A stretch of 64,000 bases of DNA from Podarcis tiliguerta (Eukaryota). Location of the stretch: the NCBI GenBank assembly GCA_965153285.1, contig OZ229115.1; one strand, written 5' to 3'. The position numbers and the translations under genes were made by a program. Shown here in pieces: positions 37,081 through 50,116 of this stretch (position 1 is the first letter of the stretch; the number at the start of each line of letters is the position of its first letter). Below the pieces are notes generated by a model. That model was not told the DNA's origin. It saw nothing but the letters and a program-made list of their open reading frames with translations, and did not search any database.

Positions 37081-37307
37081 CAGTTGTGCCTTGGAAGTCG
37101 AATGGAATCCGTTCCAGAAGTCCGTCCAACTTCCAAAAAGTTTGGAAACCAAAGCGCAGCTTCTAATTGGTTGCAGGAAGCTCCTGCAGCCAATTGGAAG
37201 CCCCGTCGGAACTTCGGCTTCCAAAAATAGTTCGCAAACCGGAACAGTCACTTCCGGGTTTGCGAGAGCCAAAACTGGCAACGTGTTTGACTTCCAAGGT
37301 ACAACTG
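37081..37307. mobile_element. Tc1/mariner-type MITE
   Basis: TIR CAGTTGT(G/A)CCTTGGAAGTC, TA TSD. Confidence 0.8.
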
Positions 37308-37480
37308 TATGCTGCCCTTCCGTCAATCAGGAGCACAGGTCAGACAGGTTCATGGAGGAGAGGGCTATTGATGGCTACTAACATCCACAGTTGGGGGCAA
37401 CAATGCTTCTGAATAGCAGTTGCTGGAAACCACAGCAGGGTTCTTGTGCTTGAATCCTGCTTGAGAGTTTCTCACAGGTA

Positions 37481-37845
37481 CAGTGGTGCCCCGCAAGACG
37501 AATGCCTCGCAAGACGGAAAACCCGCAAGACGAAAGGGTTTTCCGTTTGCAGAGGCGCTTCGCAAGACGAATTTCCCTATGGGCTTGCTTCGCAAGACGA
37601 AAATTGACGAAAATTTTCGGGGGGTTTTCCGCTCCAAAACCCCTTTTTCTGAATCGCTAAGCTGCTAAAAGCATTTTAGCAGCAAAACCGCTAATCCCTT
37701 AAGCCTTAAAAAGCCGTTTTAGCCCTTAAAATGTCAATAGCGCTAATAGCGCTAATCCGTCAATGGGCTTGCTTTGCAAGACGAAAAAACCGCAAGACGA
37801 AAAGACTTGCGGAACGGATTCTTTTCGTCTTGCGAGGCACCACTG
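37481..37845. mobile_element. Tc1/mariner-type MITE with internal GCAAGACGAA repeats, inserted into an older CR1-type fragment (37330-37925)
   Basis: TIR CAGTGGTGCC(C/T)CGCAAGACGAA, TA TSD. Confidence 0.8.
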
Positions 37846-38069
37846 TATCTGGTTGGCCACTGTGAGAGCAGGACGTTGGACAAGATGGGCCATTGGCCTC
37901 ATCCAGCAGGGATCTTCTTATGTTCCTAACAACACAGACCAAACAAATATAAAGCTGTAAAATCACAATAAATTCAACAGCAACAGATACTGAGTTCCGC
38001 TCAGCCAAAACCAGATCCAGTTAGTATCCAGGACACACTTCAGCCTTGGTTTTTTGTTTTTTTAAATAA

Positions 38070-38515
38070 ATTTTATTAGTATTTTCCACACAACAACAAC
38101 AACACAAAAAATATCGAAAAAATAGCAAAACACAAAAACCAACATACAAAAAAGAAAACCCATCTCTTACAAGTTAATAATATAAACACTAAAAAGAAAA
38201 ACAAACATTGACTTCCACCAATCCCACAGCACCTGTATCTTCCTGTTTTCCTTATCATCTCTATCCTAGCATCTTATCCTTTCACTTCACAAGGTTATTC
38301 CAGACTCAGCCAGATTTCTGTCCTCGAACCTTGGCTTTTAAGGTATTCATTTAGACACTCCCATTGCTTTTTCACTTCACTTTTTGGTTATTGCCTTCTT
38401 ATATCTGTTAATTTGGCTAATTCTAAATATTCTGAAAGCTTACATAGCCACACTCCCCTAGTGGGTAACTGATTCCCTTTCCAATACTTAGCCACCAGGA
38501 TTCTTGCTCTTCAGC
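38070..38515 (-). mobile_element. L1/Tx1-like LINE 3' fragment
   Basis: Minus-strand ARILVAKYWKG...WLCKLSEYLELAKL-like remnant plus poly(A); flanking repeat ttcagccttggttt. Confidence 0.6.
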
Positions 38516-39470
38516 CTTGGTTTCAATGTGGGGACAAACAGGATGTCAACAGGGAGAGCCTTCTAGAAGTGAGGTGCTGCTCCTGAGAATGCCCTGTTAC
38601 AGGGCACCCCTGGCCGAATGTGGCGCACAGGTTGACTGGTAATGGTAGACGTTCCTTTAAGTGCTCCTTTTGCAAGTGGAAGTCTGCTCCCTTCCCATCC
38701 ACTTGGCTCTTCTTGCCGGCTGCGAGTGCAAACAACGTGCCAGCTAGGTTAATAATCATTTCCCATGCATAACGAAAATTATTTTTATTTCTTGCCCGAG
38801 GGAGGTGCATAAAGAACAGTTGCCTGATTAAATAATTCTAGATTAGCGTTAATAGGATTTCAGTTTCAATAGAAGCGGCTCATTAGTTGTATCATGTGTC
38901 GCTCCAGGTTTTTCTATTTCTTGTAGTAAACAAATGTACTTTAATCCAATTTGCAGAACTTCTTTTTAGTTTGCTTTTTGAGGATCTGTAGCTATTAAGC
39001 ATAGTTTAGGAAGAGCTTGGGATCTGGGTTGTTTTCTGTAAGATTCAGGACGCACGGTGCTATTTTTCCTAGAAAAAGAGGTACCAGTCCAGAACTCACC
39101 ATCAACATCTCCCTTGTTCTCTTAGAATGGCAATGGTGCCCACCTGAGAGGTGCCAGCAAATTCCAGCTGAAAAAAAGTCTTGAGGACGCACAAAAGTAA
39201 GGCAGGCAGGCAGGCAGGCAAGGAAGGAAGCATCAAGAATTGGTTCTGTGTTTAAGATTGAAATTTCTGAACCAATTTATTGGGGCAGATGCCAACTGGA
39301 ATCTTGAAGGCTGTGTCCGTCCTTCAGCTCAGCACCATTTCATGCATGGCCTTTCCTGACAGGACTGTGTCTTCTTGAATGGCAAAGATGTCCCCTTTTG
39401 CCAGAGACCATACTAGCTGCCAGGTATGCATGTGTTGTTTTTTTTAACACGCACCATTACAGTATCTGTA

Positions 39471-39956
39471 CAGTGGTACCTCGGGTTACATACGCTTCAG
39501 GTTACAGATGCTTCAGGTTACAGACTCTGCTAACCCAGAAATAGTACCTTGGGTTAAGAACTTTGCTTCAGGATGAGAACAGAAATCGTGCTCCGGCGGC
39601 ACGGCAGCCACAGGAGGCCCCATTAGCTAAAGTGGTGCTTCAGGTTAAGAACAGTTTCAGGTTAAGAACGGACCTCCGGAATGAATTAATTTCTTAACCT
39701 GAGGTACCACTGTACAGTGGTACCTTGGGTTACATACACTTCAGGTTACAGAAGCTTCAGGTTACGGACTCCGCTAACCCAGAAATAGTACCTTGGGTTA
39801 AGAACTTTGCTTCAGGATGAGAACAGAAATTGTGCTCCGGTGGCGCAGTGGCAGCAGGAGGCCCCATTAGCAAAAGTGGTGCTTCAGATTAAGAACAGTT
39901 TCAGGTTAAGAACGGACCTCCGGAATGAATTAAGGTCTTAACCTGAGGTACCACTG
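39471..39956 (+). mobile_element. Two head-to-tail 242-bp Tc1/mariner MITEs sharing one TA
   Basis: 39471-39712, TA, 39715-39956; each with CAGTGGTACC TIRs. Confidence 0.9.
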
Positions 39957-40673
39957 TATAGGTAAAATGCGACACCCGAAGCAAGTCTCGGTTCTGCTCA
40001 ATATGTTACACCCCCAACCCATTTCCCACGGAATGTAAAAACATTGGAAAGGTGTACCCAATGCTAGGTTTCTGGCAAGCCGTCACATATCAGGTTTACA
40101 GGCGGAGAAGATTTTACGAGTACACCTGATGTGTGGAGCAGCCTTCATCGCCATAAATTTCATTAGAAGGTGAAGATGCAGCTTTGCAGGCGAGGGATGG
40201 GTTTGCTCCTGGCTTCCTTTATAGTTTTTTCACATAGTTTTTAAGGGGTGGTGGTGATAAGAACTGGGTCTCTGTCCACCAGTGGACTTCCTCTTCCTCT
40301 CCTCCCCCTGGGGCACCTGTGTTCCACCCAGAATTTGCTCTGGGGGGCTGAGGGACCACCTGAAGCAGTTGTGGGCTTCAGGAGGAACGGAAGGAGAAGG
40401 CTTGCTGCCTGAGTGGAAGTCTTCTCAAGTGACACTGGATGTCACTGTGTTCGTCACCGACATTCATAGAGGAGGTGAAATCCACAAAAGTTATTTGCCT
40501 GCAGAAACTTTTATCTGTCTGGTTCCCCTTTCTGGTACAGTGAAGGCCTACAAAGAGGGATAAAGCAACTTCCATATTTATTTATTTATTTGCAATTAAT
40601 TCTTATCCAGGGCAATCCGACAAGGGACTAAACTTCAAGCCTGACACAGTCTCCTCCGCTAACAATAGTCTTT

Positions 40674-40923
40674 GAGAGCCAGTGTGGTGTAGTGGTTAAG
40701 AGCAGTGGACTCGTAATGTTGTGAACCGGGTTCGCGTCTCCGCTCCTCCACATTCAGCTGCTGGGTGACCTTGGTCCAGTCACACTTCTTTGAAGTCTCT
40801 CAGCCCCACTCACCTCACAGAGTGTTTGTTGTGGGGGAGGAAGGGAAAGGAGATGGTTAGCCGCTTTGAGGCTCCTTCGGGTAGTGATAAAGCGCGATAT
40901 CAAATCCAAACTCTTCTTCTTCT
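40674..40923 (+). mobile_element. Squam3-type SINE
   Basis: GAGAGCCAGTGTGGTGTAGTGGTTAAG head (A box), B-box-like GGGTTCG, (CTT)n tail. Confidence 0.8.
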
Positions 40924-41572
40924 TACTTGGCACTTCAATGTTTGTGGTACAAAATAGTAACAATTCAACTGCTAAGTGCATAGTATAAGTCGAATTGGGG
41001 AGCATGTGGCTATTTTCAAACCACCCAGGAGTCTTCCACAAACCAGATGTAACAGGTCAGCCATTTAGTCACTTCTCTGTGGTGAAAGACCTGCCAAACT
41101 TTAGAGATGTATCCAATAGGTTGCATTGTGGATTGTGTTATATTTTCAAGTGTTGTGGAGGTGCTCTCACATATTAATGGGGTAGGCTTAACAAACATGT
41201 GAAGCTGCCTTGCGATCAGGGACAAATTGATTCCAGTTGCCGATTCCAGATGGCCAAAAGCACTCCGGGGTCTCAGGGAGAGACCTCTCTCCCCACCCCA
41301 CATCTGCTTACTACCTTTTAATTATATATTGTTTTAAGCAAGAAAAGCACCTTACATCATTGGGCTAACAGCAACAAAATTACGCATGAGGCTGGTACAA
41401 TAAAAATAGAAGGCTGGGTATACTTTTAAACACAGAATAAAATGAACCCCACTACAGCATAGCCTCCAACATTTCTCCAGTGAAAGTTGGGACGTCCCAT
41501 TCCATAATCAAAATTTTACTACTTATACCCCGCCCATTTGATTGGGTTGCCCCAGCCACTCTGGGCTACTTC

Positions 41573-41688
41573 CAGTGGCGTAGCGTGGGGGGTGCAGGGG
41601 GGGCCGGCCGCACCTGGCACAACATCTGGGGGTTAGGGTTAGGGGACGCAAATCCACGGGTTAGGGGGGGCAAATTACTTGCCTTGCC
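41573..41688 (+). mobile_element. Truncated third copy of the CAGTGGCGTAGCG hAT MITE, within an L2-like fragment
   Basis: Matches 6047-6160; contains gggttagggttagggg. Confidence 0.85.
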
Positions 41689-43504
41689 TTACACATTTAA
41701 AAAACGTCCTGCCTTCAGATGGTTTCTAGGTTGTACAGTTAACTTATCTATTTGGCTCAGGGGGTCAGATAACTCCAACCTTTCTCCTGTGAAAATTAGG
41801 AATCTCCTACCTCCAACATTTTTCCGATGAAAAGAGGGACGTCCTAAGGAAAAGTGGGGCATTTCAGGATGAAATCAGAAACTGGGCTGGCTTCTGTAAA
41901 TATGAGACTGTCCCTGGAAAATAGGGACACTTGGTGGGGGTTCTGCTACAGTTATGGGAGGGATGAATCTTAAAGAGGAGTAATATCATATATTATTGAA
42001 TTGGCCAGATCCATGGATAGGAATAGGGGAGAAGACAGAACGTGCTCTTCCTTACTGACTTGCGTAATACAACCAAACCAAAGCTCTGCAAATCTATCCT
42101 TTTTACATACGTCTTATGTTGCACCCAAGAGACCTTGCACCTTCCTACCAATACCTAAGAGAAGTTGCCCCAGGTCACATTTAAACCACTTTAACAGCCT
42201 TTGCTTCACACACAGAATGCTGGGAACTGTGGTTTACCCTCACAGACTACATTTCCCAGCAAATTACGCTTCCCAAGATTCTTTGGAAGTCAGCTATGTG
42301 CTATGTACTCTGAATGAACCTTGCGGATGTGGCCTAAGTTAGTCAAAGATCCACTCTCGAAATGTTTTTCTCAAACTGATCGGCAGAGGGCAGCAAAGCC
42401 CCATTAAAAAACAACAACAATCCCCCTTTGGTTCAATTAAGAAACTGGCTTTATATTTTAGCTCAGCAAAGCTGTGTCACGACTGAAAAGTGATGCGCTC
42501 TTTTATTTACCGACTTAAAAATTCACCAAGAGGGAAGCTTCAGCCGAGAGAACGCTTGTGAAAACATTTCGAAGGCGGAAGCCAAGCAGGTATAAATATA
42601 GGGAAAGAGTTTTCTGAAACAAGTTAGGCGTCACCTGTTCAAAACGCCCACGAAGATAATTTAGCATTTTGCAAAAATAAAATAAAATCAAGATGTTAGT
42701 CATGTATCATGGCTGCATTAATGGAGATAGGCCGCAAACACTTACCTGGGAGGGATTCACTTCGAACTCTGTGGGTCTTACTCCTGAGCAGGCATGTACA
42801 GGGTTACGCTCACAAAGCGGAAATTGTGAGGGCCATATTTTGAAGCCCTGTACAGCCGAGCATCCCAAATTCATTTCAGAGCGGCCTGTCAGCCAGAACT
42901 GTGCAACAGCCGGCATTGAACCGAATGGGCCTCTTACCACAACAGCGCTTGGTGGATTGGACGCAATTTCACAAAACGATTCTGGATGTCTTTCTACCTC
43001 CAGCATCCTTTAAAATGAAAGGACAAAGTCTCGCCTCCGGCAGAGGATTGATTTTCGGATATATACCGCATCTCAACGTTACTTTCCTAGCAGTGTGAAA
43101 TTATTCATATTATTCAGTGGCCGAACTCTCTCTCTCTCCCTCCTTCCCACCCCCGTGCTTAATCTGAAACCTCTTTCTGAAATAAATGCACCAAACCTAA
43201 ATGAAATAAAATAAAAAAACCGCCTACAGCATTGTTACGTGTCTGCATGGTAAGCATCCCACACAGGAAGATCTGATACACGCCAAAGAAAATTAAGGGG
43301 CGGGGGGAACCACACACAATAGAAACAAAAACTTAAGTCTCATTTTTACGATTTAACCCAAAAGGGAATATCCTTTGCAGTACCCTAGCCATTAACAATG
43401 AATGTTAAAGCAAAGTAGAGTTTGCTTCATTAAATGCAAGATTCAGGCTGGATCTAGACACATCGAATAAGCGTTCCAGTTAAACGTGTTGTAAACATTG
43501 TATG

Positions 43505-43858
43505 GGGACGCGGGTGGCGCTGTGGGTTAAACCACAGAGCCTAGGACTTGCTGATCAGAAGGTTGGCGGTTCGAATCCCCGCGACGGGTTGAGCTCCAGT
43601 TGCTCGGTCCCAGCTCCTGCCAACCTAGCAGTTCGAAAGCACGTCAAAGTGCAAGTAGATAAATAGGTACCACTCCAGCGGGAAGGTAAATGGCATTTCC
43701 CTGCACTGCTCTGTTTCACCAGAAGCGGCTTAGTCATGCTGGCCACATGACCCGGAAGCTGTATGCCATGTATCCCTCGGCCAATAAAGCGAGATGAGCG
43801 CTGCAACCCCAGAGTCGGTCACTACTAGACCTAATGGTCAGGGGTCCCTTTACCTTTT
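43505..43858 (+). mobile_element. Sauria SINE
   Basis: Family consensus; degenerate TSD aaac(a/t)ttgtatg. Confidence 0.92.
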
Positions 43859-45659
43859 AAACTTTGTATGAGAAATCAGGTAGGCAAAAAACGGAACTCC
43901 ACAGCGCCATCTGGTGTCACAGTGTTATACTGCAAATACAACACATATAAAATGTTTTTTTCCTTTGCCAATGTAGCTGAGTTGTCAGCTGAGTTATTTT
44001 GCTAACTAAGCAGTCGGGGAAGGGTTGTGGCTTAGTGCTAGAACATACGTCTTGCATGCAGAAAGTCCCAGGTTGAAATCCCACTTTCTCCAGGTATTGC
44101 TAGAAGAGAGCTGATGGACTAGGGGTTTGATTTGGTATATGGCAGCTTTCTGTGTTCTTATAGTACTTTGTTATTTAAGCTGCCTGCATTATTGCCAAAC
44201 TGCCATACTCCTTCCTTTGAAGGAAATGTGAATTTTTTTCTCTGGCTTCTGTGTATTCTGCATCCAGCATACAACTGCTAGCCATGATCCGTATCTATCC
44301 TGTCATTTCTTACGAAGTACTACATTTTAATACTTGCCCCACCCAAAGCAGCTTCCATCCAAATTGAGAAAAAAGAACGACCTAGCTGATGAAGTGCACA
44401 CAGTCTCTTTGTAGGCAGAGGGGAATTGAGCGATGAACCCTGGAATTTTAAAGTTGGCGTGCAATTTTATCACTTTGGGTGCAGAGCTAGTGTGCAGCCA
44501 ATAAATGAAACCCCCCATGATGGGTGTTGAAGTAAGAATAGCGAAAACGCATCAAAGAAGCTCAAACCGTATATATGACTGACACTCTTCTTTGGAAATT
44601 AAATCAATCTCCAGAATTTAACATTCCAAAACTTAACTTGCAGAAACTTATAGGTGAATTAAAACATAATATTTACAGTCACATGCTTGGGTTTAAAGTC
44701 TCTTCTTCTAACTTCCAAACAACTGTGTTCCCCTCTTTTTCCAGAGCCTTCTGTATCTCAGTTAGGCCATGCCTTGCAGCTCCTAGGAGAGATTTCCACT
44801 TTTACCTTCTCCTGCATCTTTACTCTCTTTCTTCAAGCAGAGAAGAAGCACTCCAACACTCTATTCAACGTAGCAGTGTTCACAGTGGATTCTAAAACAC
44901 CGCCATGTTGTCTGACAAAAACGGAGTCTCTCAGTCACTAGATACCTCCCACGTGACCAATGTTAGCCAATCACATGGCTAGAGAACTTTGGAATTCAGC
45001 TACCAACCAATCAAATTTAAACATTTACAATTTCAGTGAATGAAATGGCTATACTTAACAGCAGGGAGGTGCAAGCAAAGTGGTTTCACACAGCTTGGTT
45101 GTCAATGGCATCCACTGACCAGCGGTTTAGTTATCAATGACTCCCTGCCAATGGCTTTTACTGGGTAAAGTAAACAAACTAAGTAAGCAAGTTCAGGAGG
45201 CATTCATAGGTCAGGGATGGGAAGTGTGGGGCCCTCCAGATGCTGCTAGACTACAACTCCCATCATCTCTGACCAGCATCATCGAGAGGACACCATATTG
45301 GCCACCCGAGATATAGGCTTTCAGCTCAAGCAGAGGACCTCTGAATATAAGGTACACTGGAAACAGCCAAAATTCTCTCTTCCCTCCTAAATTTCACAAA
45401 GGTTACTTTGCTTACTGCTCATTGGAAGATAAATCCTGCTTCTTCATTTACACATGATTTCTGAGTTAACCTGTCAACTGTCCTAGGGACTCAGCTATTC
45501 AGCTGCAAATAAAACGTTTAAAGTGTGTTTTAGGTGCAATATACAATGCGATGCTAAATGGCGAAAGTGAGCCTTATGGAAAATTCAATGCATTTTTAAA
45601 AAACGCTAAAAAAAAGCATTTTCAGAATGTTTTTTAATATGTGTGTAGATTCCACCCTA

Positions 45660-45975
45660 GGGACGCAGGTGGCGCTGTGAGTTAAACCACAGAGCCTAGG
45701 ACTTGCCAATCAGAAGGTTGGCGGTTCGAATCCCCGCGATGGGGTGAGCTCCTGTTGCTCAGTCCCTGCTCCTGCCAACCTAGCAGTTAAATAGGTACCG
45801 CTCCGGCAGGAAGGTAAAAGGTGTTTCTGTGCTCTGCTCTGGTTCGCCAGAAGCGGCTTAGTCATGCTGGCCACATGACCCGGAAGCTGTACGCCGGCTA
45901 CCTCAGCCAATAAAACAAGATGAGCGCAGCAACCCCAGAGTCGGTCACGACTGGACCTCATGGTCCTTTACCTTT
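45660..45975 (+). mobile_element. Sauria SINE
   Basis: TSD tagattccacccta. Confidence 0.92.
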
Positions 45976-46145
45976 AGATTCCACCCTAGTTAGGGCTGTG
46001 CTACCAGCTTCCTACGATAAGAAGTCCCGCTGAATCACATCAAATGTTCATCTAATCTAGGATCGTGTTTCCTGTGGAGGCCAGCTGGAGTGCATACCAG
46101 GGCAATAGCCTTCTCCTAGAGCCCATGTTTCCCACTAACTACTAT

Positions 46146-46275
46146 TCATAGAATCATAGAATCGTGGACTTGGAAGGGACTCTGCAATGCAGGAATATGC
46201 AGCTGTGCCATATGGGGATCGAACCTGCAACCTTGGTGTTATCAGCACTATGCTCTAACCAACTGAGCTATCCAG
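46146..46275 (-). mobile_element. tRNA-Ile-derived SINE with a CR1-type (ATTCTATG)n tail
   Basis: Minus strand ggatagctcagttggttagagcatagtgctGATaacaccaaggttgcaggttcgatcccc, then ...ccttccaagtccacgattctatgattctatga. Confidence 0.7.
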
Positions 46276-46956
46276 TCGCAGCACTCCCTCTTTGATCCTG
46301 GAGGCAATTCAGAGCCGCCAGGATTAGTAGCCCCTGAGATTTCATTTATTTCTATTTATTTCAACTAATGCATATCTCACTTGATTTTTTTTATTAAAAA
46401 AAACAAACCTTTTAAAAAGAACAAACCTGTTAAACAAAAAGAAATAAAATGGTAAAATTATCAGCAAAAAGTTAAATAATAAAAAATAATAAATATTTTT
46501 TTATTTGTACCCTGCCCTCCCCAGCTGGAGCCGGGCTCAGAGCGGCCAACATCATATAAGTAATACAATATGCATAAAAACAAGCAATCGATTAAAATGC
46601 ATCCCAAAATTAATTCAAATAACTTAAAATTAAAACTGAACAAATGACAATCCTTAGTTTAAAATTGAAATTGAAAGTGGTTAATGTTCTCCAGGACCAA
46701 CTGTTTCCACTGATATTATAAGGACCTGTGAGCGGGCCGGGAAACCTCCTTTTTACTTGTTCATACAAAAAGAAAATGAGTCGGACCGTTTGATACATTA
46801 AAAGAATCTAAGAACATCTTTAAAAACACGTTAACATTCCACGTATCTGCATAGACTTGTCTGAACGAAAATGTTTTCAGTAGGCGCTAAAAAAGTATAG
46901 TGAAGGTGCCTGCCTGATGTCAATAGGCAGCGAGTTCCAAAGTAGTAGTAGTAGCA

Positions 46957-46957
<1 letters not shown>

Positions 46958-46998
<41 letters not shown>
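46958..46998. repeat. (TAA)n microsatellite
   Basis: Direct reading. Confidence 0.95.
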
Positions 46999-48033
46999 TA
47001 TTTATACCCCACCCTTCAGGCTAGGTTTCCCCAGTGTAAGAGTTGCCACATGAAAGGATTGATTTCTTACAAAAGCTGAACTTTGTTTTGCATCTATCTT
47101 TCTGAGCATATTTCATCTCCCCCCCCCTCTCTCTCTATATATATTCATTCATTCCCTGTTCCCGTATCATCCAATTAATGTGGTTTTAAATGCACCAAAT
47201 CCCATTTGGCTTCCGATACGTGCCACTGGCTTTCATGGTAGTCAACAGGAATCCCTAGTGGGTACAATGACAATCAGACTGCTATCCCCACGTCTTTTTT
47301 GCTAATCTTCCTGAGTATTTGTAAATGATTCATTTACTCCCGAGACAACGTTGGCTCATGGGTAAATACGTATATCGTATTTATATATATGATTCAGTTG
47401 CCAGGAATAGGAGCTGCCTTGTTCCACTTATTTTTGGGGATGTTTTGCGTGTCTCAGTAGGCAACTCTCATTGCAGGATCCCTGCATAACGAAGGAGCCT
47501 TCTTTTCCTCAAGTGACTTTGATTCTCCTCTTGTGCCAGCGAATGGGTCTGTGGAGTCGTTTAGAACATCTGTGATCAATGCTAATAGAAAGAATAGTAC
47601 GCATTTGTAGTTTACTTTGCTCAAATATGCTCATCTATTCGCTGATATTCGTTAATATTAGCATGTGGATGTTCAAAGATAGATTAATGTAATGCACGGC
47701 TTGCATATTTAGAGCGTCCGGTGGCCTTTTGAAAAGTCATTGGTGACTGATCCTTTGTGTGTTTAATCAAAAGCGGGTCCTGCTGAGTTCAGTGGAAATC
47801 GGAAGTAAGACCGCATAGGATTGCAACCTTGGTTTTTTATGCTCAGATGCAATGCCTTGAACGAAAAACATCAGAAGGAAGTGGACTCTGCGGTAATGTT
47901 GCCAGTTTCTGAGCTGACATCTATTCAGCTAGAAAGCATCCTGCTAAATGTGTGCTTCCTATTTCTGAATTTTCTTCCCTGGTTTTATTTTTCCTTAAAG
48001 ATAAATGGGCCATAGAACGGCAGCTTAAAGTCT

Positions 48034-48089
48034 TTCTTCCTCTTCTTCTTCTTCTTCTTCTTCTTCTTCTTCTTCTTCTTCTTCTTCTT
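48034..48089. repeat. (CTT)n microsatellite
   Basis: Direct reading. Confidence 0.95.
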
Positions 48090-48279
48090 GACAGTGAGCT
48101 TCGGATTGTGTTATATAACGCCTAAAAAACAACCCCACAAGCTGAATAGAAGCAATGATGCAATCTGAGCCACACCATCTTTAAAAAGCATGGCTGCCAT
48201 AATGGGCAGAAATATTGCATTTTTCATTGGCCGGCCAAGCCTATAGTGCCGCCAGTGAATAACAGATTGACGTTTGGTC

Positions 48280-48617
48280 NNNNNNNNNNNNNNNNNNNNN
48301 NNNNNNNNNNNNNNNNNNNNNNNNNNNNNNNNNNNNNNNNNNNNNNNNNNNNNNNNNNNNNNNNNNNNNNNNNNNNNNNNNNNNNNNNNNNNNNNNNNNN
48401 NNNNNNNNNNNNNNNNNNNNNNNNNNNNNNNNNNNNNNNNNNNNNNNNNNNNNNNNNNNNNNNNNNNNNNNNNNNNNNNNNNNNNNNNNNNNNNNNNNNN
48501 NNNNNNNNNNNNNNNNNNNNNNNNNNNNNNNNNNNNNNNNNNNNNNNNNNNNNNNNNNNNNNNNNNNNNNNNNNNNNNNNNNNNNNNNNNNNNNNNNNNN
48601 NNNNNNNNNNNNNNNNN
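48280..48617. other. N-run (338 nt)
   Basis: Direct reading; non-repetitive flanks. Confidence 0.99.
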
Positions 48618-49502
48618 GACTGAGAGAGATATGTGATACTCAGAGTTTTGTCAGTTTCAGTCTACTAAGGTAGTGGAGTTCAGGCAAGCACACACCACGG
48701 AGACGAGAGAAGAGGTAGCTGCTTATTTCAACTGAAAGGCTGCTGCTAGCAGCACTGTGTTACTTGCGGAGAAAGGAGGACAGACAGAAGTCTCTAGACT
48801 TCCTGCTACGGGTCTGTGTCACCAGCCCTGTGGAGATGCCATGGAGGGGATGGTCAGATCCAGAGCAGGACTGGAGGAGCACAAGGGAGTTGGAGCTGAT
48901 CGATCCTGGGGAGGATCATAGCGGGATGTGGGAGATGGAATCGGGATCCCGAGCAGTGCCTGAATCCGGTGAGGCGGTCCAGTGGCTTAGGAAGTGGAGA
49001 GCAGGATCCAGGGGAGGGACCAAAGAGCTTGACAGAGGAGAGTTCTGCCCCTGTGATGTTGGACTAGTCAGCAGTAGCATAGCGTGGGTTGCCAACTCCC
49101 AGGGCTGCATGGAGGCAGGGTGGGAGGGAGGGGAACGGAAAGAGTGCACATGCATATACAACTGCCTAAGGCGTCTGTGTCACCCAGGAGATCACAGCCA
49201 CAGAGCTAAGAAAAAGAGAATTGTTCTGTTGTCTGGAGAAGTCACTTCCTGGTTTGCACGGAGATGCTGTTTTCAACAGAGCCCAGCGACGGCAGCAATG
49301 GGTGTTGACATTTTGGGCCACAAACAAATTTTGCACCCGGGGCAATCGGGTGCCCCATGTTACACCACTGCTAGTCAGATACCTCCTGTTGTCAAGGCAG
49401 CCCCAGTGCCTTCTCCTTTAAGTGATGAAGCTCCTCTTGTCCTTAGTTACATCTCCTGGACAAATGAGTAAGTTTTCTAATGTAATGCTTCTATCTTTAT
49501 TA

Positions 49503-49761
49503 CCGTATTTTTCGCTCTATAAAACGCACCAGACCACAAGACACACCTAGTTTTTGGAGGAGGAAAAGAAGAAAAAAAATATTCTGAATCTCAGAAGCCA
49601 GAAGAGCAAGAGGGATCACTGCTCAGCGAAAGCAGCAATCCCTCTTGCTGTTCTGGCTTCTGGGATAGCTGCACAGCCTGCATTCGCTCCATAAGACGCA
49701 CACACATTTCCCCTTACTTTTTAGGAGGGGAAAAGGGAGTCTTATACAGCAAAAAATACGG
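49503..49761 (+). mobile_element. Tc1/mariner (Tigger-like) MITE
   Basis: Same family as 29412; TA TSD. Confidence 0.85.
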
Positions 49762-50116
49762 TATATCTTTCGTGAGCTTACTATACATTGCTTAGGCACT
49801 ACGGCGTTCAGAGGTATATAAATGGCTGAAATAAAATAAACTAAATGATACAACGCAGATACAAATATAATTATCCATCAGATTTTGCACTTCTCCTAAT
49901 ATTGTACTAATGGGCTCCAAAAAGTTCCAAGACATGTTTAAAAATAAAGAGATTTGTTTTTTCATCATTATATATATATATAATGTGTTGTTGGCATATT
50001 GTCTTCTCACAGAGCTCTGGATCCCAGGGTTTCCTGTGAAGAGGGATTGATTGTTAAGCCACTCTGGAAATTGTCCCTCTGTGATGGGAATAGGGGCTTC
50101 GGATGCAGGTGGCATT

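Noticed and set aside
48764-49471. 235-aa ORF as a novel gene
   Set aside because: TTG start, no recognisable domain, GA-rich repeat-like composition, no convincing splice or promoter context; likely a decayed LTR/TE or chance ORF
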